From positions 42,966,001 through 43,030,000 of the forward strand of contig OZ024745.1 in assembly GCA_964016885.1 (NCBI GenBank): a stretch of 64,000 nt of DNA, read 5' to 3'. The stretch comes from Eledone cirrhosa (taxonomy: Eukaryota). The notes below the pieces were generated by a model. The model was not told the origin of the DNA. It worked only from the letters and a program-made list of their open reading frames with translations, and did not search any database. This document shows, piece after piece, positions 24,836-39,100 of the stretch. The translations under genes were made by a program, and so were the position numbers. Positions within the stretch are counted from its first letter, which is position 1. The number at the start of each line of letters is the position of its first letter.

Positions 24836-27074
24836 GTTATATATATATATATATATAACACTAAGATGTAATTAAAATCTTCATAAAATTAATACTTTTT
24901 TAATGGCTTTACATCTATCCAACCTAAAGCTAATTACATTTTAATATTTCATATAAAATATTATGCCAGTTCCAATATAAGAGAAATTCACTTTAGTTTT
25001 AGAATAAAGATTGTAGAGATAGAATAGAGCTTTATTTTTTTTACACAGGTACAATGTTAATTTTTAAGAGAGAAGTATAAGTTGATTGAAATCCTCCAGT
25101 ATATTGCTGGTAATTTGATTTGTTAACAAATAGGAATGTGGGATGTAATGGATCTTAATCAAATCATTTTACAATGAGTGTTCCAGCCTGCTTGTGAAAT
25201 TTCCATGTAAGTGCTTGAGCATTCCACACACATGTACTCAATGTAATATGAGAGGCTTCCAAACAGTTTCTGTCTACCCAATTTCACTCACAAGATACAA
25301 GTAGACTCGATGCTATGGTAAATGACATTTGCCCAAGATGCTATGTAATAGGATCGAACCCAGGACTTAATGATTGTGAACCAAACACCTTAACCATTCA
25401 GCCAAGCTAGGAATATAAAACAAAACTAAATCCTGTAAGACATTTACTTATTTCTATCAGTCACATTCTTTATAAATCGTAAAAAGAAAAAAAATATATA
25501 TGGATCAAAGTTAATATCTTTCTATGATACAGAATGATTATATTTTGTTTAGATTTTATTATTTATAAAATGTAAGTTACAACAACATTCCCCCACTGTC
25601 AAGCCTGGGTAAAAGTTAATGGCTAATTATAAAATTAATCATAAAAACCATACTAATATCAAACAGTTGTTTACTTCTTATATTTGTAGAATACAAAAAT
25701 ACAACCAGGTTTTTGTGGGATTTTCTTTACTAAAACAGAAGACAAAAAATATTGTAAAATGTATTTGTTCACAAAAACAAAATGGAACGATTGTACATAA
25801 CTATATGTACTTGTATGTATGGACCCATAACTCCTGATGGAATCATAAGGGTGCCATAGAGACATACAGCATGTCTTTGTCATTTTAAACATAGCAGAAC
25901 TCATCCTTCTCTAGGTCTGAACACAGCCAATAGAGAGGAAAGGAGAAATAGATAGAGAGGAAAAGAGAAAGAGATAGAGAGGAAGAACCAACTGCTGTAC
26001 TGAACTGAAATTTTTCAGTCTTCTATACAGCATGTTAACAAATATAAAGTGGAAAGGCTTTACAAATTTTGTTTGAAGCAAACAAAATCAAAATCTTACT
26101 TTGCGACAGACAAAATATTTCAACATATCTTGTGTTATGTAAGGCAGTTGAAGAAGAGCAGGTGACTTCTCCTGAAGTGCTTGAGTCAACAATTGAGATA
26201 ATTTCATTATATTTTCAAGAGTATCTAGGGTGGGCATAGAAAAACCTATGAAAAAAAAAAAAAGTTTACAATGATTGTTTTGATGTACCTAAATTAAATC
26301 AAATTCAATAACATTCTTTGCTGACCATAATCAATATCACTCATTTAATGTCCATTTTTCCATTTTTTTCCCACACTGGCTTCAATTGATCACGTCTACA
26401 ATACAAGACATATCTGTCCCAATCCTGCATTATCTCATTTGTGAAACCAAACCTTTAACACTCAGCTCTGATCCTATTATTTCTTTTAGGGATTTTTTTA
26501 AACCATTTTTTTTTTGCAACCACATCAGTACAGCAATTTTTCTTGTGCATACAACAGTGCAGCAATTTCTCTTGCACCCACATGAGTGCAGTTATATCTC
26601 TTGCACATATGAGAGTGCAGTTATATGAGTAGGAAGGAAGAGGTGACCTTCAATAACATGAGTGAGGGGGATACTGACCACTGTGTTGGTATTTTAGAGG
26701 TGGAGGTGTAGTAATTGTGAGCAGTAAGGAGTGATAGTGGGGGAGGTTTTGATGGGGTGTACAGTAATGGTGAAGATAACCACTAGGGAGTGCTAGAAGA
26801 GAGGAGTGGATAGGTCAGGCCATATTTTATGCTGGTAGGTGGGTCTTGTCCGTACAGCATGTCACCAATTATCAGTCCTTTATCATCTTCATTGTTAAGT
26901 TCAGCTTCTTAGGGTTGCTCAAGCATTCCTGGGTCTACCTCCTCCATGAGTCCCAACCACTGAGCTTTCTCTGCACTTCTTTATACAACTGTCAACTTCC
27001 ATATGCACCGCATGACCATACCAATCCAGTCTTCTCACATACATTACATTCAATTCCTCTTATACCAAGTATAT

Positions 27075-27136
<62 letters not shown>

Positions 27137-30100
27137 CACATATATAATAGGAATATTAAATCAATAGTTTTCACTTACATTTCCCATGTACTGCTCCACC
27201 AACTAACTGAGGAACAACATTCACCATTTCATTAATCAAGCTAGGACATTTTCCCAATATATACTGTTTATCTACAATAGAAAATGTTTTGTAATTCAAT
27301 ATAAACAACATTTATCAAACATAACCAGAAACTAATCTGAAATTTAAATGCCAAGTGACATAAAAACACATGGATGGGCAAGAGATTTAGTCTACTCGAA
27401 ACTTAAATTCTTAATATTTGTAAAAATGAATACAAGACATTTTAATGAACAATCATTAAATAACTTAGAAAGAAATCTTATTAAAACATAACTTTAACTA
27501 TTTTCATGAAGGAAAAATAAATGAGTAATGTTGTTAATCATTTTTTTTACATTTATTTTTCATGTTTGTATATACATGGACCTAAATAAGTCCTCTCCAA
27601 TGCAGCAAAACTCTACTAGTCTCCTTTGAAAGGATCAGTATCTTGAGATCAGCTCTCATCCTATATTTTCCTTCCACTTGGAACTCCTGTCACTTCACAC
27701 AACAATCATCATTCAAAGGCATTACCTGTCTTTACTAGTGCAACCTTCTCTCTTGAATATCACATCTAATTCCTCTTTTACCCAGTTTTTCTCTCAACTC
27801 ATCAGTACATCATTCTTTATATACACTAACATTATATGTCCAACAGAGCCTCATTTGTTTGCCTTGTTTCTTGCTAACTTTCACATATCCTCTGCATTCA
27901 ATGCCTACATATCTCTACCATGCAACATCATACTCTGTATGCAGGTATATATTCTACCCTTCACTCAGAGAGAATCTCTTTGCTGCTAACAGAGGTAGTA
28001 GCTTTCAGAACTGTTCAGACCCTGTTCTTAATTTGGTTGCTATGCTTTCAGAGCACCTTCCTCCACTGCTAATGAGGCCACTTAGGTAACAGAAGTTATC
28101 GACTACTTTGGTGGAGCTTTCCTTGGATTGTACATGATACTACAGTAACGACAATACAATCACACACTGATTGAATAGCATTTCTTATAGAAAAGCCACC
28201 TCTGAATGCTTCTTTTACATAGCTCAAATGATTTTACAGCTCTTAGCTATCTTACTGCTAAACATTCAACCATGAAGTTTTAGTGGGATATGTGAAATAA
28301 AATAAAAAGAAAACAGATGGAAGTAAGCAGAAATATGTGCTTTGAGACAAGAAATACAATGACTGTAATAAGGCCTGAATCCATGTCACACAGTTCAGTC
28401 ACATGATCATCATCTTCGCAGTATAATGTCCATTTTTCCACGCTAGCATGGATTAGGTGAGTTGTTCCATTTGAGGCAAGTCAGTTCAAGTGATCGTGTC
28501 TTGCCAGAACTGTTTCTGGATTGGTTTCTATGGCTGGATGTCCCTCCTAATGTCAACCACATTCACAATGTAGACTGGGTACTTTCTATCGTGGCACCAA
28601 AATAACCTCCACTTTACAGTGTGGGCCAGCCACCCCCAAGTCGCGACACCAACACGACCACTGCAGTGTGGGCTGGGTGCCACCATAATGCTGAATACAT
28701 TTCTGATACTGCATCAAGAAGAAAATGCTGTTCATACAGATCCCATAAATAATTTCAATCAAATATATAGCTTACCAATCTCTAAAGAGTCTGGTGGGAG
28801 ACATTTCCGTGCCATGTGAGCAAACAGTAACACTCTGGCCTTTATACTGTAAGGAAAGCATAATGGTCGCTCTTTATTGTTTTCACCTAAGTTGCTCAAT
28901 TCTCGCATCAGCTGTCCAAATAAAATTTAAAAAAAAAATTATAATCAAACTATCTATGAAACTATGAAAGATATAAACAAAAATTGCAGTTTATATGACT
29001 ATATAGCTTATAAGAATTTATTTTGTAAATGTGTGTGTGTGCATGTGTTTCTTTACCAAATTATTCCCAAACGTGAAATAAATATAATCCCAATTTCAAC
29101 AAAGAAATGTTTCAAGACTCTCAAATGTCTCTCCACATATGCATATAGGGGTGGACAGGGTTTATTTTAATATCTGTTATTAACAGTAGGACTTTCAGCC
29201 ATTAATAACCATAAGATGTATGAAAAAACCCAGCCTATTGCAAACTGTGAAAAGTTACATCTTATCACCTTCTGTTATATTTAAACTTCTATAACATTCT
29301 ATCACCTTCTACCATGTTCTATCACCTTCTGGTAATAAATAGTTTGTCAACAAAGTGGTTACTAAATTATTACTAGGAGACCACTTGTTTGACTAACTTT
29401 CTTATTTGGGTCTCAGATGGTCCAACCCTTTCTAGCAGGGAAAGCAGACATTAAAATAACAATTCATTCATCATTTCATTTTACGTTCGCTTTTTCCCTG
29501 CTTGCAAGGGTGAGACGGGAACTGATTCTGGCTTGATTTCTACAGCTGCATGCCCTTCCTAACACCAACCTCATTTACAGTGAGTGCTGGGTGCTTTTTT
29601 GCCGTGGCACCTCCACGACCACTTTGCAGTGGAATGATATGGACCCCAGTCCCTATCATCTCATTTCTACAGCTGAGTAAACTGGAGCAATGTGAAATAA
29701 AGTGTCTTGCTCAAGGAAACAACACATCACCCGGTCTGAGAATTGAACTCACATGATGATGGTAACAACAATGATGATGGTAATAACAATGGTTTCTGAT
29801 TTGGGCACAAGGCCAGCAATTATTTAGGGGAGAGGGGGGGAAGTTGATTAAATCTACTCCAGTACTTTACTAGTACTTTATTTTATAATGCTCCAATATA
29901 CTGTTGATTCCCCATACTCTCAGATGGTAGTAACAGTAAACTAAAATGTAGTTAAAATAAAATAACTATATAGTCAATACAATAGTGATTTCAGAGCTGT
30001 ATTTATCTGGCAAATGACTTGATCTGAGACAGTGTAATGAAACTAAAACAATTACTACATTGAAGAGTCATTTTAAGCATTTAAAAACACACAGAAACTT

Positions 30101-33100
30101 AGTTTTATATATATAATATATTTCTTAGTGATATGTATAAATCAAATAGTTTTTGTGTGTTTTTAAATGGTTAACATGACTCTTCCATGCACTGTTATAG
30201 TAGTGATTATTCAGTATTAACTCTTTTGAAACCAAACTGCCTTAAACTGGTCATGGTTTTATCATATGAGGTTGTTTATTTCAATGTGTTTATATTTATC
30301 TAAAAACTTGCCTTGATAATTTATATAAGAACCTTTGTTAAGTTATGCTCCAAATACCAGTTTAATAATGAGAAAGTTAATTATTTTGTTAAAACCCCCA
30401 AATTCTTGATTATTTTCAGAATTATTCAAAACATTGGTAGAGTGTTTCATTAAAAATCATCATCATTGTTTAACGTCTATCTTCCCCTCTATCATGGGTT
30501 TAACAAAATGGTTAAACCCAGTGCCAAAAGATAGAGTTACTGTACATACTCGAATATAAACTGAGGAATATATGACCAAAAGATCAATGGTAGGGTGGGG
30601 AGTTGGCTTATATACACCACCTAAACAATGTGTTGATTGGTTGCCTCAGCTTATAATTGCAGTTTGGATTTTTGCTGATTTCTCAAACATAAAATGGGAG
30701 AGAAAGAAAGATTATATTTGAGGATACATGTTAAATCGCTTTTCGAGAAAGACAATACGATATAAAGCCTTTAGCCTGATACAACATAATCCTAAGTACA
30801 TACAGCAGGAAGTTCTTCATTGTCACTTGGCCGCTCCACAATCTCAGCATTGTGCAATCTGTCATATTCCCAAGAAGAAGCCAAAATCATAACAACACCT
30901 AAACAAAAAAAGAACAGGAACAACCAAATTAATACACATACACAGAACAAATCTTATTACACTAAATTCATTACCATCATCACCATCATTTAATCAGTGC
31001 GACTGACTTCTCAGATGAGCCAAGGATCACATCTTGCTTAGATATGTTCCCATATTTGGTGCTAATTAACAGGGCACCAATACTAGGGAGGTTGTCATAC
31101 TTTGACAGGGATATACAAAAACATCTTTTCCTATAATTTCAGATGTCACTGAAGATGAAATGGTTAATGAAAACAATATAAAAACAAGAATTTCTATTCA
31201 TATACTCCCTACTGGGCAAAGGTTACCTGCATCTGAGCCTCTTAATACACAAACTTAAAATTAATAAATTAGATTCACTACAGAAATAAAATAAATAAAT
31301 TAGATTCACTACAGAAATCATCACGTTGGGAAAGAATGAGCTCTACTGAACAGCCTGTCTCTGGAGGGAATATTAGGATTCCAGCTATATAATATATCTG
31401 TGAAGACTATATAATATATATGTAGAGAGAGCAACTACAATAATTATTATATTTATAAATTATTAGATTTATGCAGTTAAAAAATTTCTGACATAGTTAG
31501 CCTTCCATAATTTTTAATACTTTCCCTAAAACATAAAACTTGTTTTTGTTTTTCAAATCTTTGTATCTGGACACACTAGAACATGTGGCCTAGTGATTCT
31601 GCCAATTTCTCTACAAAAGAAATAAACGCTACCTCCTTTTGAAACATATGTAAATCAATTAAATAAGGTATTAAACCATGGTGATTACTATTTTTTCATA
31701 TATATATATATATATATGAAAGGTGCATGGCTTAGAGATTAGAGCAATTGAAAGGTTGTGAGTTCAATACTCGGACCGGGTGATGTGTTGTTTCCTTGAG
31801 CAAGACACTTTATTTCACATTGCTCCAGGTTACTCAGCTGTAGAAATGAGATAATAGGGCTGCAAAGTGGTCGTGGAGGTGCCACGGCAAAAAAGCATCC
31901 AGCACTCACTGTAAATGAGGTTGGTGTTAAGAAGGGCATCCAGCTGTAGAAATCAAGCCAGAATCAGTTCCCGTGTGAGTAAGACAAGGTCAGCCAACCG
32001 GACACTGCCCATAACAGGACAACCGTCTAACTCATGCTAGCGTAGAAGAACGGACGTAAAACGGTGATAGTGATAATATATATATAGAGAGGGGGGGGGG
32101 GGGACTATATGTATGTAGAGCAACAAAATAGTAGCTTAATGATGTACAGTGTAATAGTAATAAGTTAGGTGATGACATACTGGGCTATCGCTGACTAATA
32201 AAGGTTTCAAATGACACACATTACAAAAGAGAGGGAAAAGATTGAATATACTCACGTTTAAGATGCATGCTAGGGGATTTGTTAAAGAAATACAAATATA
32301 AATGCGTAGTATCAAGTAACACTTGATCAGCACTGAACTTGATTGAACGGTACCACCATACACCCTGTAGATTAAGAAATATACATTTTATTGTTTAAAT
32401 TGTTAGAAGCAAGCACAAGAGAAAGTTCCTTGTAAATAACATGTGGGGAATCACTCGGTTACACTCAAATCTTTAACCACAAAAAACAAAATCACCTCAA
32501 ATTAACATAAAAATCTAAAACAGATTTGTAATTAGACAACTCTTTCTATATATAAAACTGGTAAATACTATAGAGCTAACAGCAATTTCTTGGTATACAG
32601 AGTCCTTTTCTACAGTATTCTATGTACTAGACATGCACCTTTGATGAGTTGAAGTGCACCTGAGCACTGTACACAATAATTTTCATTATTATTATTATTC
32701 AGTTTCAGTTATTCCTTATAGCTATTTCACTACAGCTTTGTTATTTATGTCATTGGAAACATTACAAACATCAAATAACCCCTTCCCTCAAAGATCTTTA
32801 ACAACAGGAATCCACACCAGTATAGCTATTCTCTCAGACACCATGATAAAGTTAAAAAAAACAATAAATACTTACCACAATGAATGGTAACAATATCATG
32901 AAGACCAGACCATACACAGCAAGTACCTATTAAGAGAAGTTTAAATACAATTATTATGAATACCACACCATACACAACAAATACCAACATAGGTTACATT
33001 AGTCAGCAATTTGTATTTTTTTTTACAACACTCTTGTTGGTTTGTTATTAAGCCCTAACATAGTTCTGATGCTATGATCACATGCACCCGCTTCGTATAG

Positions 33101-36100
33101 AATATATAAACAGAATGCAGTCATCTGATCTGTCTAGTCTCAGAATATGACAACCCATCCAACCAATGCAGCACCGAAAACAAACACAAAACAGTGATGA
33201 TGATGTTGATTCTAGACATGTCTTTTTACAGATCTTTTCTAAAATAACTTTTCTTCAGTTATTTTCAAATCCAGCATCAATTTCATTAAATTGAAATTTA
33301 TCATCATCATCTTCTAATGTCCATTTTCCCTGTTAGCAAGAATTAGACAGGTCATCAGAGACCAAGTCAGTACTTAATCAGAGCCACTGACCTTTCTGAT
33401 AAATTGGGGGCCACATCTTAACCCTTTGTTTGGTAAGTCTTCTATAACTGGGTACCCTTCTACAGTTGGATTGCCAACTACTTTACTGAGTGTGTTTTAT
33501 CGAGGCACCAGCACTAGAGAGGTTGCCATGCCCTTGACCCAACTGAAGTTTTCTCAACCCTATTTTAGTACAGTTTCTACAGCTGGGTGCAATTCCTAAC
33601 ACCAACCACTTTATAGAGTGTACTGGGTGCATTTTACTGTGACACCAGCACTAGGGAGCTAGTCAATCGACTGAAGAGCCTTCTCTACCCTATGATGGAG
33701 GCAGGGTGACTTGTTCTAAATGAGATGTGTAGGATGGAAGTATGTAGGAAGGGTAAGAGAGATGATAGACATAGCTAAATAACAATAGGTGGGAGGAATA
33801 TCACAAACACAATCAACATATATTTTAGTTTCTGAAAGTTTTTCACATTTCTCTGACATCATTAATATCACTATTAATGATGTCAGTGGTTTAAATTCTT
33901 AACAGACTAATACTTGGTGGATTTCTAGCTCTAAAAGTTTGACTATTTCTACAAATATAAGAACCTATGTTGCATGTACAACATTATATTTGAAGAAGCT
34001 ATTTAACCCTTAGCATTTACATTATTCTACATTTACTATTGTATTTTCGCAGTAAAGGCTTTACCTCACATAATATCGAATCTATGAGATTTTGATATTA
34101 TTTATTTTGAGAACAATACCTTAACATAAGCATGAATAACCAGTTACAGCCAGTTTGAAAAGAAAGAGGAGAGAGAATTCTGGCCAGATATGGCCGGTTT
34201 AAATGCTAAAGGGTTAAAGAGATGATTTAATTTGATAAAACTACAATTATTAAAGGTCTGAAATGAGAGATTAAGTCTAGAAGAAGCTGGCTAGTTAGAG
34301 TTAATATAAGAGAAACTAATATTGGGAATTATGCCTGATTCAATATGTATATCATTATCATTTTTTTTCACCATTTCTTTTACACACGCACATATATAAT
34401 ATTGTACTTACCCACACTGAGTTCTCTCTTTCCACAATCCATTTTGGTAAAGCAATACCAAATCGTGTAACTAATAATAGAGACAAAAATTTCAGTAATC
34501 AGTTATTCTATAAATCAACAATAGATAATATAAAAGCACAACTTTTCACAAGGCCAACAATTTTGGGAGAGGAGAAAGTCAATTAAATCAACCCCAGTGC
34601 ATTACTGGTGCTTTATTCTATTGACGCTGTAAGGATGAAAAGCAAAGCTAACTTTGGTGGGATTTGAACTTTGATCGTAAAGGGCTGATGTCTGACACTC
34701 TTACCAGCAAAATAGCCTGGGGGTCTATTTTACATATGTATATACATATTTTAGTTACAAAAAAACAAAACCAGATACAAACTAAGTTACTATCAAATTA
34801 ACCCCTTTGATACCAATGTGCCCCATACCACCTGTTTCTATGAAACAAAATCATCCATTTTAAAGGGTTCCTACTTAAAACATTCCAGCATAATGTTAGT
34901 AAATACTACCCAAATTCTTCAGTAATTAAAATACAAAGTATTAGAAATATGATAAATAAATAATTAATACAAGGGAATGTTTTGATTCAGCACTAGAACA
35001 ATCTCGAAAATAGAGTAAATTTTATCAACAACTCAAATCATATTTATAAACTAAACAATTTTTGACAGTATACCTCCAGGACCATCAGGATTGCCATATT
35101 CTTCCCAGTTTTTTCTTGATTCTTCATCTGTTAATCTAAAAGATAAACATTTTTTAAAATAATTTACAAAATGAATTGTTTTCAAACTATAGTCTCCAAA
35201 AATGATATTGATTTGTTTCCACTCTACATTCAACTATTTCATACAACTATCAAAATAAAGCATCATTTTACATCCGTTTTTTCTTGCATGCATGGGTGGG
35301 CAGATCCTTTCCAACCTCCCTCTAGTCCTAGCATTCCTTCATCTACTTGAAAAGGAATGTGCAATCACTTGATTAGGATGGCCACCCCACTAACATGGTT
35401 AATGTTAGCCTTCTATATGCAATTATTTTTAATATTGTATGTTGTTAGTCATAGATTTTTGTTTTGTTTTGGCAGAAGTTTTCTAGCTGTATGGCCTTCT
35501 CAACAACCACGTTACATAGACTGAGTACACCTTATGCCACTATCACCAGAGAGGTTGTTTTTCAGGACATATGAGTCCTCACCCAAATGCAATGAAAAAT
35601 ATATATACTTTTCAAAAGATAATTGTAAAAAGAAACAAATCTTGTAATTAAAACAATCCAAAAGAATTTTCTATTTATTCTATTGTTTACATTTATTCCA
35701 CTGTTTACATTTTTCATAAGTTATACTTACGCAGCATAAGCCTTTGCTATCCTCATAAACTTCTTAGAATCACCAGATCCTCTATCAGGATGGTATATTA
35801 AACTGAGTTTCCTAAAAGCCTTTTTGATGTCTGCCGTGTTTGCCGACTATTTGAAAAAATATAAAACAGAAAATGAAATCAACCCCTTTACCAGAAAATA
35901 TTAATATATAAACCAAAACTGGGATGAACTTTCTTTTTATGATTTAGTTAGGAGTAAAGGCTAACCCTGTGGCCCTTGCAGGCCTTCTAAGGAAAACAGA
36001 GACACAGAAGGAATTCTTGAAGGCTGACTTTCTGTAGAGGAAGGGTTGAGAAAAATGATTGCTGCAGGGCCTAATGTGTGGGAGACAAATTGAGTAACAA

Positions 36101-39100
36101 GTAGAGAAGTGATAAATAAGTCAGGTAGGCTTGGGTGGAGGTAGCACAAGATCAGCCAGTTCCCAAAAGTTCAGAGGTCATGTTATGTTTGTAGACCAAA
36201 GGTTGAGTTGTGTTGGTTGGTGAGTGACTCCATGCTGTTCGATTGAGTGAATAGTCTATGCAGGTACAATACCATTCCAGATGTAGGCGTAATTTTCCAC
36301 TGTTTGTCCCCTCTGAATTTTTGTAGGAAGTTAACAACTATTGAAATCAGGAGTATTTTCTGATCCTAAAGAGAAGTGTTTGTTGTATAAAGGATGTGAA
36401 ATAACCAGGAGAAACTAACTATTATGAGACCTAGCATTTGTAATAACTTTACAGATCTTAATTGTGCTGTCCAAAACTAGATTGTCTCTTCCATATGTGC
36501 TAAGTATCAATCTTTGCTGTTAAAAGAGACAGTACCAGCAGTCTTCATTTGAGTAAGTTTTTGAAGTCTGTTCATGGAATCAATTCTGATTCAATGTGAA
36601 GTGTCTGTATAGTAATGAGTGTTGTTGGAGTGATGGCATGTAAGTCATTAATACACAGTATAAACAAACAGCATTAACTTTTTAACGGTAGGATCAAATG
36701 CTTAACAGTTAAATAACGAAAGTGAATGTATGCTTATACAGTACCATTAGTGCTTATCCAGTAAACTTAGTTTAGCAGCAGAAATGCCTTCTCAATTTTG
36801 TCTGAACTAAGAGAGGTATCAAATCTTCATTTCCACAGTTGCAAGAAAATCAGGTATATCATCATCATTTAGTGTCCATTCTCCCTGTTAGCAAGGGTTG
36901 GATAGGTCATCACAGACTAAATCAGTACTTGAGCAGAAGTACTGACCTCTCAGATGAGCAGGGTCCATCTCATTTACATACATTCCCTCACTATCTTTCA
37001 ACAAGTGCTTACAAAGGAGTGAGTAATTGAGTTGAAAACAGTAACGAAAGCAAAATAAAAATTCATTAACACTCACCCTATCAACATCCAACTCAGTGAA
37101 AGGATCATATTCAACATAGTCCATCTGGCTCATTGACACTTTGTAAAGTAGCAGGAAGAAAATAATCCATCCTAGAGCAAGACCAACATTACTGAAAAAA
37201 GAAAAACATTTTTTATAAATATTATCAATGACAACCTCTGTAGTGCTGATGACACAAAAAATGCACCCAGTTAATGCATAGAATTGCAATATATTTGGTG
37301 ATAGGAAGAGCATCCAACCATAGAAAACCTGCTCAAAGTGTTGGGAGGACTATTTAATTGTGACAAACACATGATAACCTCCATAGTGTTGGTGCATTGT
37401 TGAGGTCAATAGCGCTGATTAAGTACTAACTTAGCCTGTGACAATCCATCCATTAACTGGAAGTTAAATGATGACGAGTCAGAGTTACTACTCTCTCTGA
37501 TAGGTCAGATGACTACATTTTGCTTGTACATTCCAGTTTTTACATGGTTTCTTTGGTGTATTAAGTGCATTTTATTGCAGCGCCAGCACTAGAGGAGTTG
37601 TCCTTGACAAGACTATTTTGTCTTCCTTTGTTTACCTGGGTGTATTTTATCATGGCACCTGTACCATGCGGCATAGTAGCAAGATATGGGCCTTGACTGC
37701 AGAGGTTTTACAATGGCTAGAAAGAAATGAAGTAAGCATGCTTAACCCTTTAGCATTCATATTACTCTATATATATACTATTATATTTTAATGGTAAAGG
37801 CTTTACCTCGCATAATTATCTCACATAATATCGAATCTATGAGATTTTGAAAGTATTTATTTTGAGAATAATACCTTAACATCAGTAAGAGTGGCCAGTT
37901 ACAGCCAGTTTCAACAGAAAGAGATAGAGAATTCTGGCCGGTTTGAACATTAAAGGGTTAACTGAATGTGTAATGTTATGAACACAAATGAATTGAGAAA
38001 AAAACTGGATATATGAGGAATCATATGTAGTGTGCAAGAGAGAAGACTCCACTTGTACAGATATGTTACTAATATGGATGTCAGTTCTATAAAGAGGTGC
38101 TGAAAGCTCCAAGTGTATGGAAAATAAAGTAGGAGACCTAGGAAGACATAGTGATGACTGATCCTTAGTTTCTTATACAGTATGAAATGACAAAAAAAAA
38201 AAAAAAAATTTTTAAACTTACATCCCCTTCTGTTTAGCTTTAGTCCATGGTTCATTGATTTTTAATAGTCTTTGTTTATCTCTGCATGGAGGACACATAC
38301 ATTGTTTCTGTGAATCACTGGCATTGTCTACAAGTGAAAAGAAATACACTTAATCAAAACCATACTTAACCTTTTGATTACCATATTCCTAATGAAATAC
38401 ACTGCCTATGTGTTTTTCAATTACTTTACATACTCGAATATAAGCAAGTAATATGTGACGAAAAAAAAAAAAAAAAAAAAAATCAATGCTAAAATAGCTC
38501 AGCTTATATTTTGGGTCATTTTGATGATTTTCACCAACCTGAAGTTCTACGTAAATAAGGAGCTAAAATATCTGGAGTGATTATTTCACAATGAAACACC
38601 GTTTTAGGGCGGTGGATTGGCAGTATCGGTAGAGGGTCGGATGCCATGCTTTGACGCACAGAGTTACGCCTCTTGCCATTCTGAGTTCAAATCGCGCCGA
38701 GTTTAACTTTGTCTTTCATCCTTACGGGGTCGATAAAATAAAGTACCAGTAATGTACTGGGTAATTGCTGGCCTTGTGCCAAAAGTAGAAACAATTATTT
38801 ATGCATTCCCTTGAAATTATTTCCAAAAATGTTTTAGAATTTGAACATTTTAATACATAAATATCCCATACACACGTTTTTTTCTGTCTGACGTTTTTTC
38901 TTTAAAACTTACTTCTGATTTTATTGGACTCACTCTGTCTTTCCTCTCTCTCACTTGCTGTCTCCACCCCTCTTCTATTCTATGAATTCCTATACTAAAT
39001 TCTCTTATTAAATCTTTTGCTTTCATAGTACTCTTAGTCTGTGAGTGGCCAGAAGTAAACAAAAATTCAAGATATATTAAAACTTCATAAATATATTTTA

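Noticed and set aside
38608-38710. tRNA gene
   Set aside because: The A/B boxes belong to a multi-copy SINE head, and no cloverleaf forms
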